Positions 36,831 to 51,012 of a DNA stretch of 64,000 nucleotides are shown piece by piece. The position numbers and the translations under genes were made by a program. Under the pieces are notes generated by a model. It saw only the letters and a program-made list of their open reading frames with translations. It did not search any database and was not told the origin of the DNA. Source of the stretch: Lama guanicoe (Eukaryota); NCBI GenBank assembly GCA_013239625.1, contig MU054187.1:15640941-15704940 (forward strand), written 5' to 3'. How positions within the stretch are numbered: the stretch's first letter is position 1; every line of letters begins with the position of its first letter.

Positions 36831-38282
36831 ATCCATTTAAAAATTCTCTTTCTTGGGTTCTTTACTTTTGATTATAAAAGTATAAAAAAAATTTATAAAA
36901 ATGAGATGACATATATAGTGTAAAGAAGAAAAAATCTACAGCAGTCACTGTTCTCTGCTAATGAGAATACAGTTAACATTTTAGTACTATGTTATTGTTT
37001 TTTAAGCTTGGTTAATTATTTAATGTCACAATATGGCATAGGCATTTTTTAAATTGTATTCTATTGTAAAAATTAATTAGCTCTTTCTCTCTCACCCTAG
37101 ATTGCTCATTCCTCCAAGGAGCATCTATTCTCAGTTTCCACCCTATTTCCAGTGAACAATGCCATGTCTGGCAAATAGGAAGTATTTAATTAATAGGTTT
37201 GAGAATGTTAAATGAAATGGGGGAATATTTCCAAGTACAAATAATTCAATGAACCAAAAAAGTGTAACTGTAGTCAGTGATAAATTACAAAAGTGGTAGA
37301 ATTTACCTAATGGCAGAGCATCATGTTGTGTTAAATACAATTTTTGGAATGCTGGCACCATGACAAGGCGGTAGTTATGCTGTAATTCCATGTTAATCCT
37401 ATTTTTCACCGTTTTGCCCTTCTGAAATTATTTCCTATCAGAAATTCGGTCACATAGGCTTTAAATATTGATCAAATAACACTGCAGCTTTAGTACTGGT
37501 AAAAGATACAAGGGGTTAAATCATTCTGTCCATTTTTTTTTCTTCTTCTTCTTTTAAAGACACGTAGCTTCTTTGTCTGATCTCCTTATGGTCCTTGTCA
37601 CAACTGCATGGCTCTTAATCACTCATACATTCAGTGAGTTACTGCACTGCTGGAACCTTAATAATGTTCTAGTTTGTTTGGATGATCTTCGTGATAAAGT
37701 CCTGACAATCTTTCAGCATAATGGGAAGACAATCAAAATAAAAAATGCTCTGAGAGTTCAGGTGGTAGAGCATGCTATTATTTTTCACACGGTGTGAGGA
37801 TATTAAAATACTGACTTTCATGCTTTTGATTGAGTTTGTGATGAAATCCAAGAAAAATTGAAAATTTGAATTATTCTACTGCCTGTAGGGACTGTATATC
37901 ATGCACGGAAAGCAGGCGTATGTAACCAATTCTTGTATCAGAGTCTCCAGAGTGTCAGGCTGTCCTCCTTCCATATGAGTTTCTGTAGTGTGCTTAAGCA
38001 ATTAATTCATCATATAGTTCCTTTATATTTGCAATTACCACCTGGAATTTTACAAAAATATAAAATGCCATCTTTAGTACACTGTTTGAACAGTTGATAA
38101 TGATGACTTATATTGATAGAGTGTTTCAGATTTTTCAAGGTGCTTTCCATTAAATTATCTGACTCACTAGCCCTCTGAAGTAAGCACTGGAATTGTTGTA
38201 ATTCCCCGCCTGTCCCATCCTTTCTGCTTCCTTCCCTCTTATTGTTTCCTTATTTTTGTTTCTTTCTTTTAAAGATGGCAAT

Positions 38283-38465
38283 TTGGTGTATGGAAAGAGC
38301 ATGGAATATGAATTTAGCTATTTCCTTCCCTCCCTGCCCCCATTGAATTTGGTTTGGGGCAGATCACTTTTATGTCTCTGAACCATGGTTTCCTAACTGG
38401 CAAAATAAAGATAAGACTGAAATATATTCCTCAAACTTATGAGGGTTAACTCAGGTGAAATATGG
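38283..38465 (+). mobile_element. MIR
   Basis: GGTGTATGGAAAGAGCATGG...GGGCAGATCACTT...TCTCTGAACCATGGTTTCC...AAAATAAAGATAA. Confidence 0.65.
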
Positions 38466-38524
38466 GGAAATTAAAAAAACACACACAGACAGAAACGGCT
38501 ATAGTATCCATGTCCACCTCTTTT

Positions 38525-38735
38525 GAGCAGAGCTTGGGATAATGGAGAGACAACAGATTCTGGCCTCACTGCTTCTTACTTAGGTACCTGATCAAGTTAT
38601 CTAACTTTTCTGAACTTCATTTTCCTCATGTGTCAAAGGAGCCTAATAATTCCTATCTTGTGAAAATGTTGAATAGAAAAAAGACAAGGTAACGTATATA
38701 CTGATCCTAATGCAGTTCCTGAATAATAGTAGTGC
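38525..38735 (+). mobile_element. MIR
   Basis: CAAGTTATCTAACTTTTCTGAACTTCATTTTCCTCATGTGTCAAAGGAG core. Confidence 0.7.
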
Positions 38736-39034
38736 ACACTCTATTCATAAAGTATTTTCTCTTCTTTCCTGGCCTCCCCTCGCAAGCTCTCTTTTCTTCC
38801 TACCTTATTCTTCTTCCTTGACCTCCAGCGAAGACGGAGCACGTGATTGCAACGTCTTGAGATTTAATAACTTAACACTCTTTTAGGATATAGACTCTTT
38901 ACTTTAAAAAAAACAAACAAACAAAATCGTAATCTCTAGGTGAGGCAGGAGATGGGGATCTTCTCTTTTGAGTGAAAACTTCTCATTGTCATGCTTTGGG
39001 ACTTCCACTGAATCCTGAAAACTGCTCAGTAGAA

Positions 39035-39185
39035 TTTGAAACCTGCTGATGTAGCCCGGTCCTCTCATTTTACAGTTGAGAAAACTGAATTTGAGAGAAG
39101 TTGAGTGACCAGCCTAAATTTGCAAACTGGTAAGTGGTGAGCTTAGGCTAAAACTCAGTTATTTTTGCCCTTACCCTGCTGTTCT
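39035..39185 (-). mobile_element. MIR
   Basis: CTCATTTTACAGTTGAGAAAACTGAATTTGAGAGAAGTTGAGTGAC core. Confidence 0.7.
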
Positions 39186-41051
39186 CCTAACTATGTGAAG
39201 GCATAGAATGCAAATATGTATATTAAGATTCCTCTCCTGAAGGATATTATTACAGGCTGTTCATGGAGATGGAATTTAGATATAAAAGATACAGAAGTGT
39301 AAAGTAGCATGACAGTAGCTATGAGATGGTTGGAACAGGTAAATACGCCAAGAGGAGAGGGGCTCTGATGATCCTTGTCCTTTGAGGGGGGACACCGCAA
39401 ACTCCATGAAGGCAGGGATTTCTTTGCTCATTGTTGTTTTATTCCCAGTGCATACAGAAATGTCTGATTTCTAGCAGGGGATTATTTGTTTGTTTGTTTA
39501 TTTTTGAATGAAATAAGTGAATGAATGGCTTAATGAAGTATATAATTGAATCAAACCTGAAAAAAAGGGCAAGTGTTTAAACAGTGGGTTATACTTCATT
39601 ATTGGGTGATAAAATATGTTTAGTGGATAATGATTTACCTATAAAAAGTTAGTTGAGTCATTATGTCGTGAAAATTATGTAGATTTATGTGATATGGACA
39701 TAAAATGCATATGTATAATTATGTGTGTCCTTGATCACAATTTAGAATGTATGTCTCACTGTAGATCATGGTTAAAAGTGTTTGAAAGATGCCCTTTTAC
39801 ACAAAGAGGATACTAAAGCTTGCAGCAGGCGTGTGAAGGCTTTGTAGAAGAATATTAACCTTAATGGTTTCACTAAACCCGAAGTGGAAAGAATAATTCA
39901 TCAAGATAAAGTTTATTCAGGGGAAGAGGAATCCTTTTGGTCTTTGGGATCTTCTGCCCTCTGCTGTCTCACCCTCCACCCTAAGAGGATTTAACCAAAG
40001 TACATGTTAGAAAAATTAATCTGTCAGGAATGGGTTAATTGAACTGGAATTGCGGAGACTGGAGCCTGTGTGAAGAGCACGGGATAAGGAAGTGGTGGCC
40101 TTGACTGGTGACAGGTCATAGAGAAAAAGTTTCTTGGTATGACTGGGGCGGAAAGAGGTTAGAGAAAATGAGTGAATGATGATAAAGTGGAGCCCAAATA
40201 GGAAGCAGTTTCTTAGAACTACTGCCTGAGGGGGGAAAAAACGAATTTAGAGAAAAGAGTAAGGTAATAGAAGGTTTTTGTTAAGACAGGGAGGAAACAA
40301 GAATCAACTAGGAAGGATCAACAGAGAAGGCTTCTTTCTAGACATAGGTTAGAAATGCATCTAAAGAAGGCATCAGCATTTTAGTAACAGAGATACCTGG
40401 GAAGGAAGAGAATTCCCTTTTTCTAAAATCTAGTGATTAAGACCAGAGGGGTTGGGAGGGATACTGCTTGTGGATAACAGAAACTTACAGAAAGAGTTAA
40501 TAAATATGCCTTCTGTAGGTTGAAGACCAGGGACAACAGTTTTAATCAAGAACTGGCATTAGTCTACTAATTTTGTGTTACTAACAAGAGATATTTTTAA
40601 GTGTCTAAAAACATATAATTTTCTATGTAAGAAACATATGCTTTATTCACCCTAAATTTGTCTAAGACACTACTATCATTTGAGAAATTATGTAACTTTG
40701 AATATTCACCATATTATGTGTAAGTTAGGAGGGTAGAAAGATTGCGTATTGTCTGCAAATCTTGGATTTCATGTACTGAAAACTATTTAAAATAAACTTG
40801 ATAATGATGAAACAAGTTGAGATGCTAGAAACATAATTACAGAGGGCTGAAGTATGTTCATGTAAGTCGAGCTTTTCTTTTTCATTTGAATTTGTCCACC
40901 ATTCAGAGGAAATTCAGAGGTCAAAAATTATAAATTATTATGGTTTAAATAAAAAGCCATTGATTAAGTTATTTATTTTTAAAACAAATCTAAATATCAG
41001 CCCTCTTGTTTGTTAAAGGAAAGCTAGGATGGCTTTATAGATGTCCCATGA

Positions 41052-41102
41052 ATGTGTGTGTGTATGTGTGTGTGTATGTGTGTGTGTATGTATGTATGTG
41101 TA

Positions 41103-41141
<39 letters not shown>
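41052..41141. repeat. Compound (TG)n/(TA) microsatellite, about 90 bp
   Basis: Read directly; continuous purine-pyrimidine alternation. Confidence 0.95.
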
Positions 41142-42867
41142 AATGAAACCCTATCCCTAGGCATGGTCAGGTACAAAGGTCCATCATTTAAGTCTCAGAA
41201 CTAAATAAACATGTGAGATTATTATTTTATTGCGCTTTCTTATTTTATGACCCACTAATGGTTCATGGATCAGTTATATTGATGATCACTGGAAACCTAC
41301 AACTTCAGTGAGTTTTTTTTTTGATTTATTCATTTATTGCTTTTATTTTAAAGTGCTGAGAAGAAGATATCCAGTTCCCAGTCTTATTTTTCTTTTACAA
41401 TAAACCATAGAAATACAGTTTTTATTATAGAAAAGAAACTAAAATATGTGTTTAGTGTATAGAGCTGGCAATTTGTATGTGACTTTTTCATTTATCTTAC
41501 ATTTCTAATGCTAATTTTTGAACTTCTGAGTTTGAGTACATATCTTACTGTCAACTTCAGTATCAGACTTTTTTTTTTGTTTGTTTTACACTTGTTAGGC
41601 TGAACTCATTGACAAAATTAACTGGTTATGTGTTTTAGCATTTGTGAGAAGAAAATGTATTGAAGAGTAATTGTTTAAAATTGTTTTTGTTTTGCCTGAC
41701 CTAGACTGTAATTTATTCACATCATATTTTATCAAGAATTCAGATGCTAAGAATTCCTTTCTGGGTAACCTGGGACCTTGCAGGTAGCTTGCTCCCCAAA
41801 GAAGGAGGGCCTGGTTGGGGCTGCACACCCCAGTTTATTCTTCCCAGATTTGCCTAGCAGATAAGTTCCTTCACCTCCTCTAGGGCCAGGTGAAAAATGG
41901 GTGGCCTGGGGTTAGGAGACAGCTTCAGTTCCATAGAAAGAAACATCAGGGTGAGGAATAAATGCCCCCTGCCCAAGTATTACTATTTCCAATATTCATG
42001 AGTAGATTTAGTTTGAAAGTTAAGCATAAAAGTTTTACTTAATGCAGTGGCTAATAATTTGTCTTACTTATCTATTTCAAAATAAAATTAAAGACCTAGT
42101 ATTTTGCTTTAAAATTAATTAGCCCCCGTCAATCTACTTGCCTTATCAACACATTGTCGGTTTTACTGATAGCACCTTGACTAGAATTTGTAAGGTAAAA
42201 TAGAACTGTTTGCCAGTTTAGCTTCAAGAATCTTAAATATTTTGTTTTTATAGATTACCCTGAAATTGTAAAAGAAACTGTTTGATGCGATATGTGCGTA
42301 TGTTCCCAGAGGTCAGAGTCAACTATTACATTTTGAAAGGATTCTTATGTTAACTTTTTGAACTACAGACTTTTAGCGCTAAAATATTTAGTAAAATCAT
42401 ACTCAGGGAAAGAGAGATACTACTGTCTACCATATCATGTATTTAGAATCAAATCCTTCAAGTCTGTTTATACACACAGAAATTGAAGAACAGTTAATTT
42501 CCAGGTGGCCAAATTTGGAAACATGTCTTCAGGGAGCAGAGGAGCAGTGGATTCCCAGCAAAGAGAGAAACACATATTTTCTGAGAATATAAATATTCAA
42601 AATAGGATCAGTATCTGAGTGAAATGAAACCAAGTTGAGTGTTCAGAGTATTGAATACCAAGATTCTAACCTAAATTTATCTGGTACCAAAATGGATTCT
42701 CAGGTCACACACCGCATTTGGGGATTCCAGGGTCTAATAAGACACTTACTTTAATTTTCAGAGTGAATTTGTAGCTCCTGTGTTCCCAGTCTCAAATCTT
42801 GCTCTTGCTTTGCTGTGAATTTCACTGTCGTCACTGAATTCAAGAAACATATATGTTAAAAAAAATC

Positions 42868-43098
42868 CACTGTATAAGACTTGGATTTTGGAGTCCAAAT
42901 GAAAGGATAAAACTGAGACTCAGCAGGATACAGTAACTTGAGAAAGACACATACTATTGACAATATCAAGATTCTCAGTTTTCTCGTTTATAAAACTGGG
43001 GACAATAATACATCACTTTATAAAATCTGGTTGGAATTAAATGAGAAAAAAGCCCTGGCAAAATGCATGGCCCAGAATTGGCCCTCAGTATCTGTTAA
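42868..43098 (+). mobile_element. MIR
   Basis: CTCAGTTTTCTCGTTTATAAAACTGGGGACAATAATAC...GGAATTAAATGAGA. Confidence 0.7.
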
Positions 43099-43744
43099 GC
43101 ACAGTGTTCTCCTTTCAAATGCAACTCTAAATTGTCTCTTTCCATGCTACAACCCCTATTAAGAGATAAATCCACCTCTTAGATTGTATCTCTCAGCTTT
43201 GCTTATGAATGAAGGCAAATTATTGTTTTACCTAAAGAAATAGAAATGATTTTCCTTGAACAGTCAGCAGATTCATACACCTAAAAAATGGGCTGCATTT
43301 GGTAAAAGTCATACCTTTTATTTATTGCATATTTTGCTGATAATGCAATTTTCAAACACAGATTATATGGAATCAAGGGCTCTGTTTTTAGGAGAGGATC
43401 ATGTTTTAGTAGAATCTTCTGTGGGCACTGTCCAGCAGTCTCTAATAGTTTTTGTCTTTTTCCAGATGCACAGTTCTACAGTAAACTAAAGATAATATTT
43501 CAAGAGGTGTCAGAAATTCAGCAGTTTTTTTTTCCTCTAAGAAAACAAAGAGGGGGAAAGCATTGTGTGATGGTTTAAACATTTCTTTAAGATTTTTTTT
43601 TAAAAAAAACTACATTCTTTTTAGTTTTATCATCCAAATGGAATGTCTGGATTTTCTTCTACCTTTGAAAAAAAATGGGTGAATTCTTCATTTGTTTATA
43701 GTTTCAGACTAATAGTAGTAACTCATATTATTGGTTTTAAAAGA

Positions 43745-43955
43745 GTCAGCTACCACTCTAAGCAGTTCACGTGTGTTAACATATTTACTTCTAAAAACAA
43801 TTTACTCCTCAGTTGTATATAGATATTCTTCCATTTTTATATGTAGGGAAATTGAGGCCAAAAAAATTTGCATATATTTCCCTGAGGTCACACAAGTGGT
43901 GGAACCAGAATTTGAACTTGAGAGGACTGTGTTTAGAGCCATACACTTATTCATG
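43745..43955 (-). mobile_element. MIR
   Basis: CCATTTTTATATGTAGGGAAATTGAGGCC...CCTGAGGTCACACAAGTGG...GAATTTGAAC. Confidence 0.7.
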
Positions 43956-44758
43956 ACATAGTAAATGGTAAGAGATAAAGTCAGTCTAAAAAATATAATA
44001 CCAGGCTCTGTCATTAATGTCACTTGTTTTTAATGATTTTTGGTATGTGTGTGTTTTGTGTAAAAAAATAGCTGTACCGTGTATGAGTACTTTTTTGTTG
44101 AATGAACATTTGTTTGTTAGAAACTGGGTGACAAAAGGAAATATAACAAACATTCTATATTTGTTTAACTATCCTGGATGTGGATGTGAAGGAACATTTT
44201 ACAGTAAGCTGAAAAAAACTGAAAAAAGTCCTTTTAAATTGAGTTTTAGATTTTTTTTTTTGATGCCTAGATAAAATTTTTGTTTTTGGGAAATTACTGT
44301 GCAATTTGAAAAACAATGTAATTCCTAATTAATGCATACTTAATTGCCTAATAGGTAATAATTGGCTTATTTATGTAACATATAAGGTGATTTTTAGCGT
44401 ATCGACCTACATAATAAAAAAGTTTATAGAGAATTAATGACAACATAAACCTTTACTAGGTTTATTGGAAAATATCAAATCTGTACAGTGAAATCCAAAT
44501 TAAATCCAAATTTGGGGGAAAAAACCTTCACTTCTTTGAGCAGGACAAACATTTTGATTGTACATGTGTGCAGCCAAAGTGGAACCCCATACAGTGATGC
44601 TGAAAGTGTCAAAGAGAACAAAGCTGGCAGCTCGGGCCAAATCCTGCAGCAGGACTGCACTTTGATAAGCAACTATAGGTCTTCCATCTGATTTTCAGTT
44701 TTACATTAAAAATAATTATCATCAGTGAAATCAAGAGTGAATTACAAAGGTAACATTT

Positions 44759-44848
44759 TTTTTTTAAATTAAGGTACTGGGGAATGAACCCAGGACCTCA
44801 TGCATTCTAAGTATGTGCTCTACCACTGAGCTATACCCTCCCCGCTGT
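44759..44848 (-). mobile_element. Short tRNA-Ala-derived SINE (tRNA head plus A tail only)
   Basis: Minus strand GGGGAGGGTATAGCTCAGTGGTAGAGCACATACTTAGAATGCATGAGGTCCTGGGTTCATTCCCCAGTACC followed by an A-rich tail. TSD AAAG(G/A)TAACATTT at 44746-44758 and 44849-44861. Confidence 0.9.
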
Positions 44849-45112
44849 AAAGATAACATTTAAAATAAAACAAAATTCAGGTAGAGGTAAAAATTCTCCA
44901 CCACTAATGATTTCTTCACATTGAAGTGTGATATCGGAATAATATTTTACCCTATTTCTCCTGAACCTTGGTGGACAGTATAGCAGATAATTCATAGTAT
45001 ATGTATTACTGCAAAGTAAGTAAAGTTCTCTTGGTCTCAAAACCTAGTAATGACCTTGAGCAGATAACTTCATTTCTCTAAGTCTCACTTTCTCATCAGG
45101 GGTGAATTAGGT

Positions 45113-45260
45113 CATTGGTTTTCAAACTGTGCTCTGGGGCAAGTCCCACAGATCAGGAGCGCTTAGCCTCCCACGCAATTCTGAGTTTGTATTTTACCTG
45201 TTGTTTGCACACTCGAAATTTGTTTAGAAAATACTTTCATAAAGATTTGAAAAGCTCTTG
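45113..45260. mobile_element. Small hAT MITE (MER103/MER5-like)
   Basis: Imperfect terminal inverted repeats CATTGGTTTTCAAAC ... ATTTGAAAAGCTCTTG. Confidence 0.45.
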
Positions 45261-46948
45261 GACTAGATTACATCTTGAACTCCTTCCACCTTCAACACAT
45301 TGTGATGCGTTTCTTCTTTCCTAATTTCTCTACTTGAATCAAAAGTACAAATTACCACTGCGCTGTACTCCAGCCATTTGTGGATTGTCCATCTGCCCGT
45401 TTTCACCAGTCGCAATGCCACCTGCTTTTCAAGGTTCAGCTCTATGTCAGTCTCTATGATGAATAGACTTACTAAGCCAGGAAAAAAGTTCTCCTTCCTT
45501 GGAATTTCAGTAACTATGTTAGTATCATTTATGAAGGACAAGCTTGTTCCTCATTCTATCACGGTTATTATATATTTGAAGAGTTGCCATCTCTAATTCC
45601 TACGGGGGCTCGCAGGGGTGGGAGGATGGATAGAAGACAATGGTGGGATGATAGAGCACTACCTGGGGAGCACGTGCACCATTGGGGGGAACTGGCCTTA
45701 ATGGGATTCCAGGAGACTGTCCATGGGGAAATTTGAGATCAACTTTATCAAATGATATTTCGATAAAAATTCTACAACTGAATTTTTAATGAAGTTTTAA
45801 CCTTTGGAAACATTCAAAAATAGAAACCAAATAATGCCAGGGCAACAAAAGTATGTGGTGACCACCTGTACACACCTCTGGACCACACACACACACAGGT
45901 TTTCATCTTCTAACACGAACACAATCTGTTTACTTGCACCTTTGTTCAACCCAATTTAGTGAATTTTATTGGACATGTTCAGGCAGCCTTTTCATATAGG
46001 CTTGACTAAAATCATGCTATTGATGAAAACGAGTGCAAACTTTACTGCTAAGAGCAGTGTGACCGTGTTCTCAAGATGATCAAATTACACATGGATTATG
46101 TTCACGGGTAAAACCTTTCAGTCTTAAATTCAGTATCCTCTACTTATTACTACTTTGCAGCATAATATAAATACCTCCCAGAATAGGAAGGAGATCAAGG
46201 AGCATTTCACACTTGTTTATAGTTATGGAAGAGGCAGACAGATTAGCCAGTTGCCAAGAAGAAATAAAAAAAAAATCTCATCTGGAAATTTGGGAGGGTT
46301 TTAATGAGACCTTCTTGTGTTAATCTTGAAAGAGATAATTTTTCTTTTAGTTGCTTTTCCTGAGCATCTTTAGTGCTTACTTAAATACACTATAATACTG
46401 ATAAGTTTATGTTCTTTTAAATATTGCTCTGCTGGTGATCACACTTCCTTATTCCCATTAAGAATGTTTGAATTTTAAACTATACAAACAAAATTTGAAG
46501 CACTCATGTTTTAATTATCTATGTAACGGTGATAGTTATATCACTTTAGTATTTTATACCATCATTTTATTATCCTCTCCTGTTTGAAGTAATTCCCAAT
46601 TAATTTTTCATATTCCAGTTAAAATTTTAATCTAATCACTTATTCTGTTTATGGCTAAATAGCAGAATATTCAGTAATGCTCAGGCATCAGGAGGAACAA
46701 CTGGACACTTCTAAACTCAGTATGTGAACTCAACATACACAGTCATTATAACATAGTTTAAAATGACATGTTTATGAAAAAGCGAGTTTTTCAATGATGA
46801 AGTCACCAATTGTGTATCATGTTACACTTTATTAAAATAAATATAAAATTAATTACATTTCTAAAAACAGTGTGTTGTTTTATTAAAATATTCATTTATT
46901 TAAATGTATTTAAATAAGATCAGTTAAAAAGTTCTCCAACTTTATCTT

Positions 46949-47501
46949 TTTTTTAATGAAGTGTAGTCAGTTATAATGTGTCAGTTTCTGGTGTTCAGCA
47001 TAATGTATCACTCATATATATACATACATTTATTCATCTTCATATTCTTTTTCATTATAGGTTACCACAAGGTATTGAATATATAAAATTGTGAAGCCAG
47101 AAAGAGAAAGAAAAATACCATATGTTATAACTTATATGTAGAATCTAAAAAAAAAAAAAGATAAATGAACGTATTTACAAAATAGAAACAGACTCACAGA
47201 CATAGGAAAAAAACTTATGGTTACCAGGGAGCGGGGAAGAGGGTGGGATGGGATAAATTGGGAGTTTGAGGTTTGCAGATACTAACTAATACATGTAAAA
47301 TAGATAAACAACAAGTTTCTTCTGTATAGCACAGGGAACTATATTCAATATGTTGTAACTTAAGTGAAAAAGAATATGAAAATGAACATATATATGTTCA
47401 TGTATGACTGAAGCATTATGCTGTACACCAGGAATTGACAAAACACTGTAAACTGAGTATATTTCAATAAAAATATATATTAAAGGAAGAAAATAAATAG
47501 A
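46949..47501. mobile_element. Composite L1 insertion: minus-strand 3' end (46949-47083) joined to a plus-strand ORF2-end/3'UTR (47092-47501)
   Basis: Whole unit bracketed by the 14-bp TSD TC(C/T)AACTTTATCTT (46935-46948 and 47502-47515). Poly(T) at the left end, AATAAA and A-rich tail at the right end. Confidence 0.85.
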
Positions 47502-48208
47502 TCTAACTTTATCTTAATAAGTCAGTTAAGAGAAGTTTATTTTCTCTTTCCAATACAAATGTAATTCTTGAAGTGGGTTTATTGGCGCCAGCACCTTTTC
47601 CTTTAACAGTCCTGTTAACAAAGTAAGCAGAGGTGTTCTCTAGTTAAAGAGAGCTGAGCTACCCACCTATTTTGCCCAAAGATGTTCCGGAGGGTACACG
47701 GCCCCTCCCTATTCAGACTATTTCAGTTCCGCCATTTCCTTCCTCAGCTTTTGTTACACTGCCCCCTGCTTCTCACCAAGTGGCCTCACAGTCTAAATTG
47801 TTCAGGTTACTCATCTTTTTTTCCCTCTAAAAACCATACATTCTGTGCAACTTTTCACTGAAGTTCAGTATCATGAATCTAAAGCTGGTCTTACTAGACA
47901 GTGATCTGTCTACGTTCTTTAAAACTAAGGGAATTGGTAGTATTTAAATAAGAAGTAGATAATATATTGAAAATGAAGTATACAGCAGACATTCCCTTTA
48001 AAAATTTACCATAATGACATTCAATGCAGGACTAAACAGGCTAAGATCTTAATAAGAATTATTATAGTTGTTTAGAACTATTATTTCTATGTTAACATAT
48101 TAGCCAATAATAATTAAGAACATTAATGAAAAAATAACTAACCTCTTAGTATAATTTTCTATACAGATGACACTTCCATATGAAATACATCATTGGATTA
48201 TCACAACC

Positions 48209-48254
<46 letters not shown>
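48209..48254. repeat. (TTA)15 microsatellite
   Basis: Read directly; uninterrupted. Confidence 0.95.
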
Positions 48255-48255
<1 letters not shown>

Positions 48256-48699
48256 CAAATATTACTAAAGATTCAAAACTAAAGTTGTAAAACACTCAAG
48301 TTAAGGAAGCCAAATGAATGGCTGCTTTTCAGAATGTAAATTTTTCCTCTTTTAAATGAAAGTTTGGCAAAATTGGTAATTTTCCCTGTGACCTGATATA
48401 TCATTATGAGAAAGTAATCTCAAGTAAATATGAACTTTTATCTCAGCATTTCTTAAAAGAGAAATTATTAGAACAAATCAAGTGATGAAATAAGAAAATG
48501 GTTGAGTATATTACTGTAGATCTTCATGATGAGCATTAAGCAGCTATTATGAATCATGTTTTCTAACGACATGGAAGAATGTTCACAGGCTAGTGATAAG
48601 CGAAAAAAAAGCAGCATGCACACATGTTTAATGTGTAGGACCACACTTATGGAATCATATCTCTGAGTCCTGAGCCTGAATGCTCCAATGCAAAAAGCT

Positions 48700-49055
48700 T
48701 CTATCCACCTCAGGGCCCTCTCTGAATTCTCCTTACTCATCTCTTTGTTTGGCTACTCCTCCTTCAAGTTCCAGATTAAATGTTACTTTTTCCAGGAGAG
48801 CATTTGCTGATCCTCAGGGTCACTTCAGACCAAGTGTGTACCCCAGTTATGTGTTCCCCTAACAATCTAATACTTCTGATGGTGATAATCACCTGCTAGT
48901 ATTTTTTGAATGTCCATCTTCCTCAGTAGACTAAGCTTCACTTGATCAGGAAGACTTGCAGCAGCCTTGTTTCTCAGTGCCTGGTACAGAGGCTGGGACA
49001 TAGTATGAACTCAATGAAGATGTGTTGAAGAAATAAGTGAATGAATGAATGAATG
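48700..49055 (+). mobile_element. L2 3' end
   Basis: TTAAATGTTACTTTTTCCAGGAGAG...TAGACTAAGCTTC...CAGTGCCTGGTACAG...(TGAA)n tail. Confidence 0.8.
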
Positions 49056-51012
49056 CAAGGCACTGTGCTGAGAAATGTTCACAGAATCTCTTTGAGACTC
49101 CACACAAAACTTGTGATAGGACAGTGTCAAGTATCGTGGGGTGCAACATTTGATAGGCTGAGAATTAAGTCATGCTGCCTGCACACAGATTCTGTTGGTG
49201 TCACAGCTACTGGGCTCCCTGTAGGTCTGTTCCAACTGCCCGCTACACTTTAGATACAAAGCATCAGATATGAACCTGAAATTATTATACAGGACCTATT
49301 CTTCTCTGTGACTTATTGCCAATCTTATGAATGAATGAATGAATGGACAGCCTCTACCTTATTAGGTTTCTTAATTTCTATCTATTGTTTCTTGACCGTC
49401 ACATTGGACTTCTTGGCCTCGACCTTACAAATGAATCTGATGATCTTCCTTTGGACATTGTCTGTAGGACCAGCCTTTGCCAAATTATTTCTCAAATCCT
49501 CCACATGTCTTAAAGTCTAACTTTTATTGTCCCTTTTGCAGATACCCCCAGCATATTTCCTCCCTGAGCCTTGACAGTACATTTTATTATATTTTAATAA
49601 CTTGATTTGAATAACCTAATTTGGCCATCTTTTCTTCTTTCATTGATCAGATATATATTGAACTTTTGTTAAGTTCAGAGTAGAGCTAAGCCCTGAGATA
49701 GAAGACAAAATACATGTAAATGGTAGTCCTTGTCTGGTAGTATTTTATACTTTAGTTACATTGCTAATAATTTACTATGGTTCATTTGCAGAATGAACCA
49801 TTCAGCTCATCTGTACCTTTGTAGATGGAATCTGGCCCAGTTCAAGCAAACGAAAAACAAAAACTTAAAAACCTTTTCTAGCTTATAATTTTAAAGTTGA
49901 TTTTGAAAATTCACTCTCCAAAAGTGAATTCAAAAAATGAGGAATTTTATAATCCCACTCAACAACTCAACATTAAAAAAAAATGATAAATCCTAGTAAC
50001 CCAGTTGTTTTGTTTACTCACTCTTGTCTGAATAATAATTTTCACAATTTTTACATTTTACATGTCACAATCTTTATTTCCTTCGTGATAATGTTCACTT
50101 TGAGATGATCTCCTTTTGCCAACTCACAGACAGGTTGTGCTTTTGTATATAGTTGTATGTGTGGATCACCCATTCTTTTTTTCCTTTATTTTGTTATATT
50201 ATTAAAATTTACAACATATCCTTGGTTCCTGGACTGGCCACATTTAAGACTTCCAGGATACAGTTGAGTTTTTATGTGTCATTAAAGTTGTACACTTATC
50301 ATACCACTTACCTGCTCAAAAAAACAAAACAAAATAAAACAAAACTTTAATGGCTTCCAATCATGCCTGCAAACAAATCTGAAATTTTCTGCCTCAAGCT
50401 CTCTAAACCTTCTATTATATAGTCCCACTTTGAAAATCCAATCGCATGTCCCACACATCCTTGCAAGCATCCATTATTTGCTTTCCTTTTACCCCAAAGT
50501 CTTACTCTGTCCACCAATCAAAATTTGCTCATTCTGTAAAGTCCAGCTTAGACGTAATGCCATGATCACCCAATTCTTCAGTTAGGAATTTTCCTCTGAA
50601 TTTCAGAAGTTACTAGAATTTGAGTAATTTCATTTCCCACTTATGCATGCTAAATATCCTTACCAATTTTTTTTCTCCACAAAGAGATTAAGACTTCTTG
50701 AGAATAGCAACCATGTTTCGAATTGCTGCTATTATATACAATTTAACAGAATTGGACATTTGGACATTTTGAACAATAAATTTAGAATCATGCAATCTTA
50801 GTACTCTGAAACGTTAGGGATCTCAGGGATTAATATACCAAATTCTTTATTTTACAGATGAGAAAGCGGAGATTTAAATGGGGGCAGTATGGATCAGCCG
50901 TTCTCCATAGTCTGTATCCCAGTGTCTTTGATATCCTTTCTCATTCTGTTTTCTCAAACTTTAAATATATATATGTTGCGATATTCTCTATTATTTATAG
51001 TAAAAGACACCA

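Noticed and set aside
45690..45865. Possible hAT-Blackjack (MER81/MER94-like) fragment
   Set aside because: Only a short terminal-like motif (AATGCCAGGGCAACA...GTATGTGGTGACC) is recognisable; too weak to annotate.
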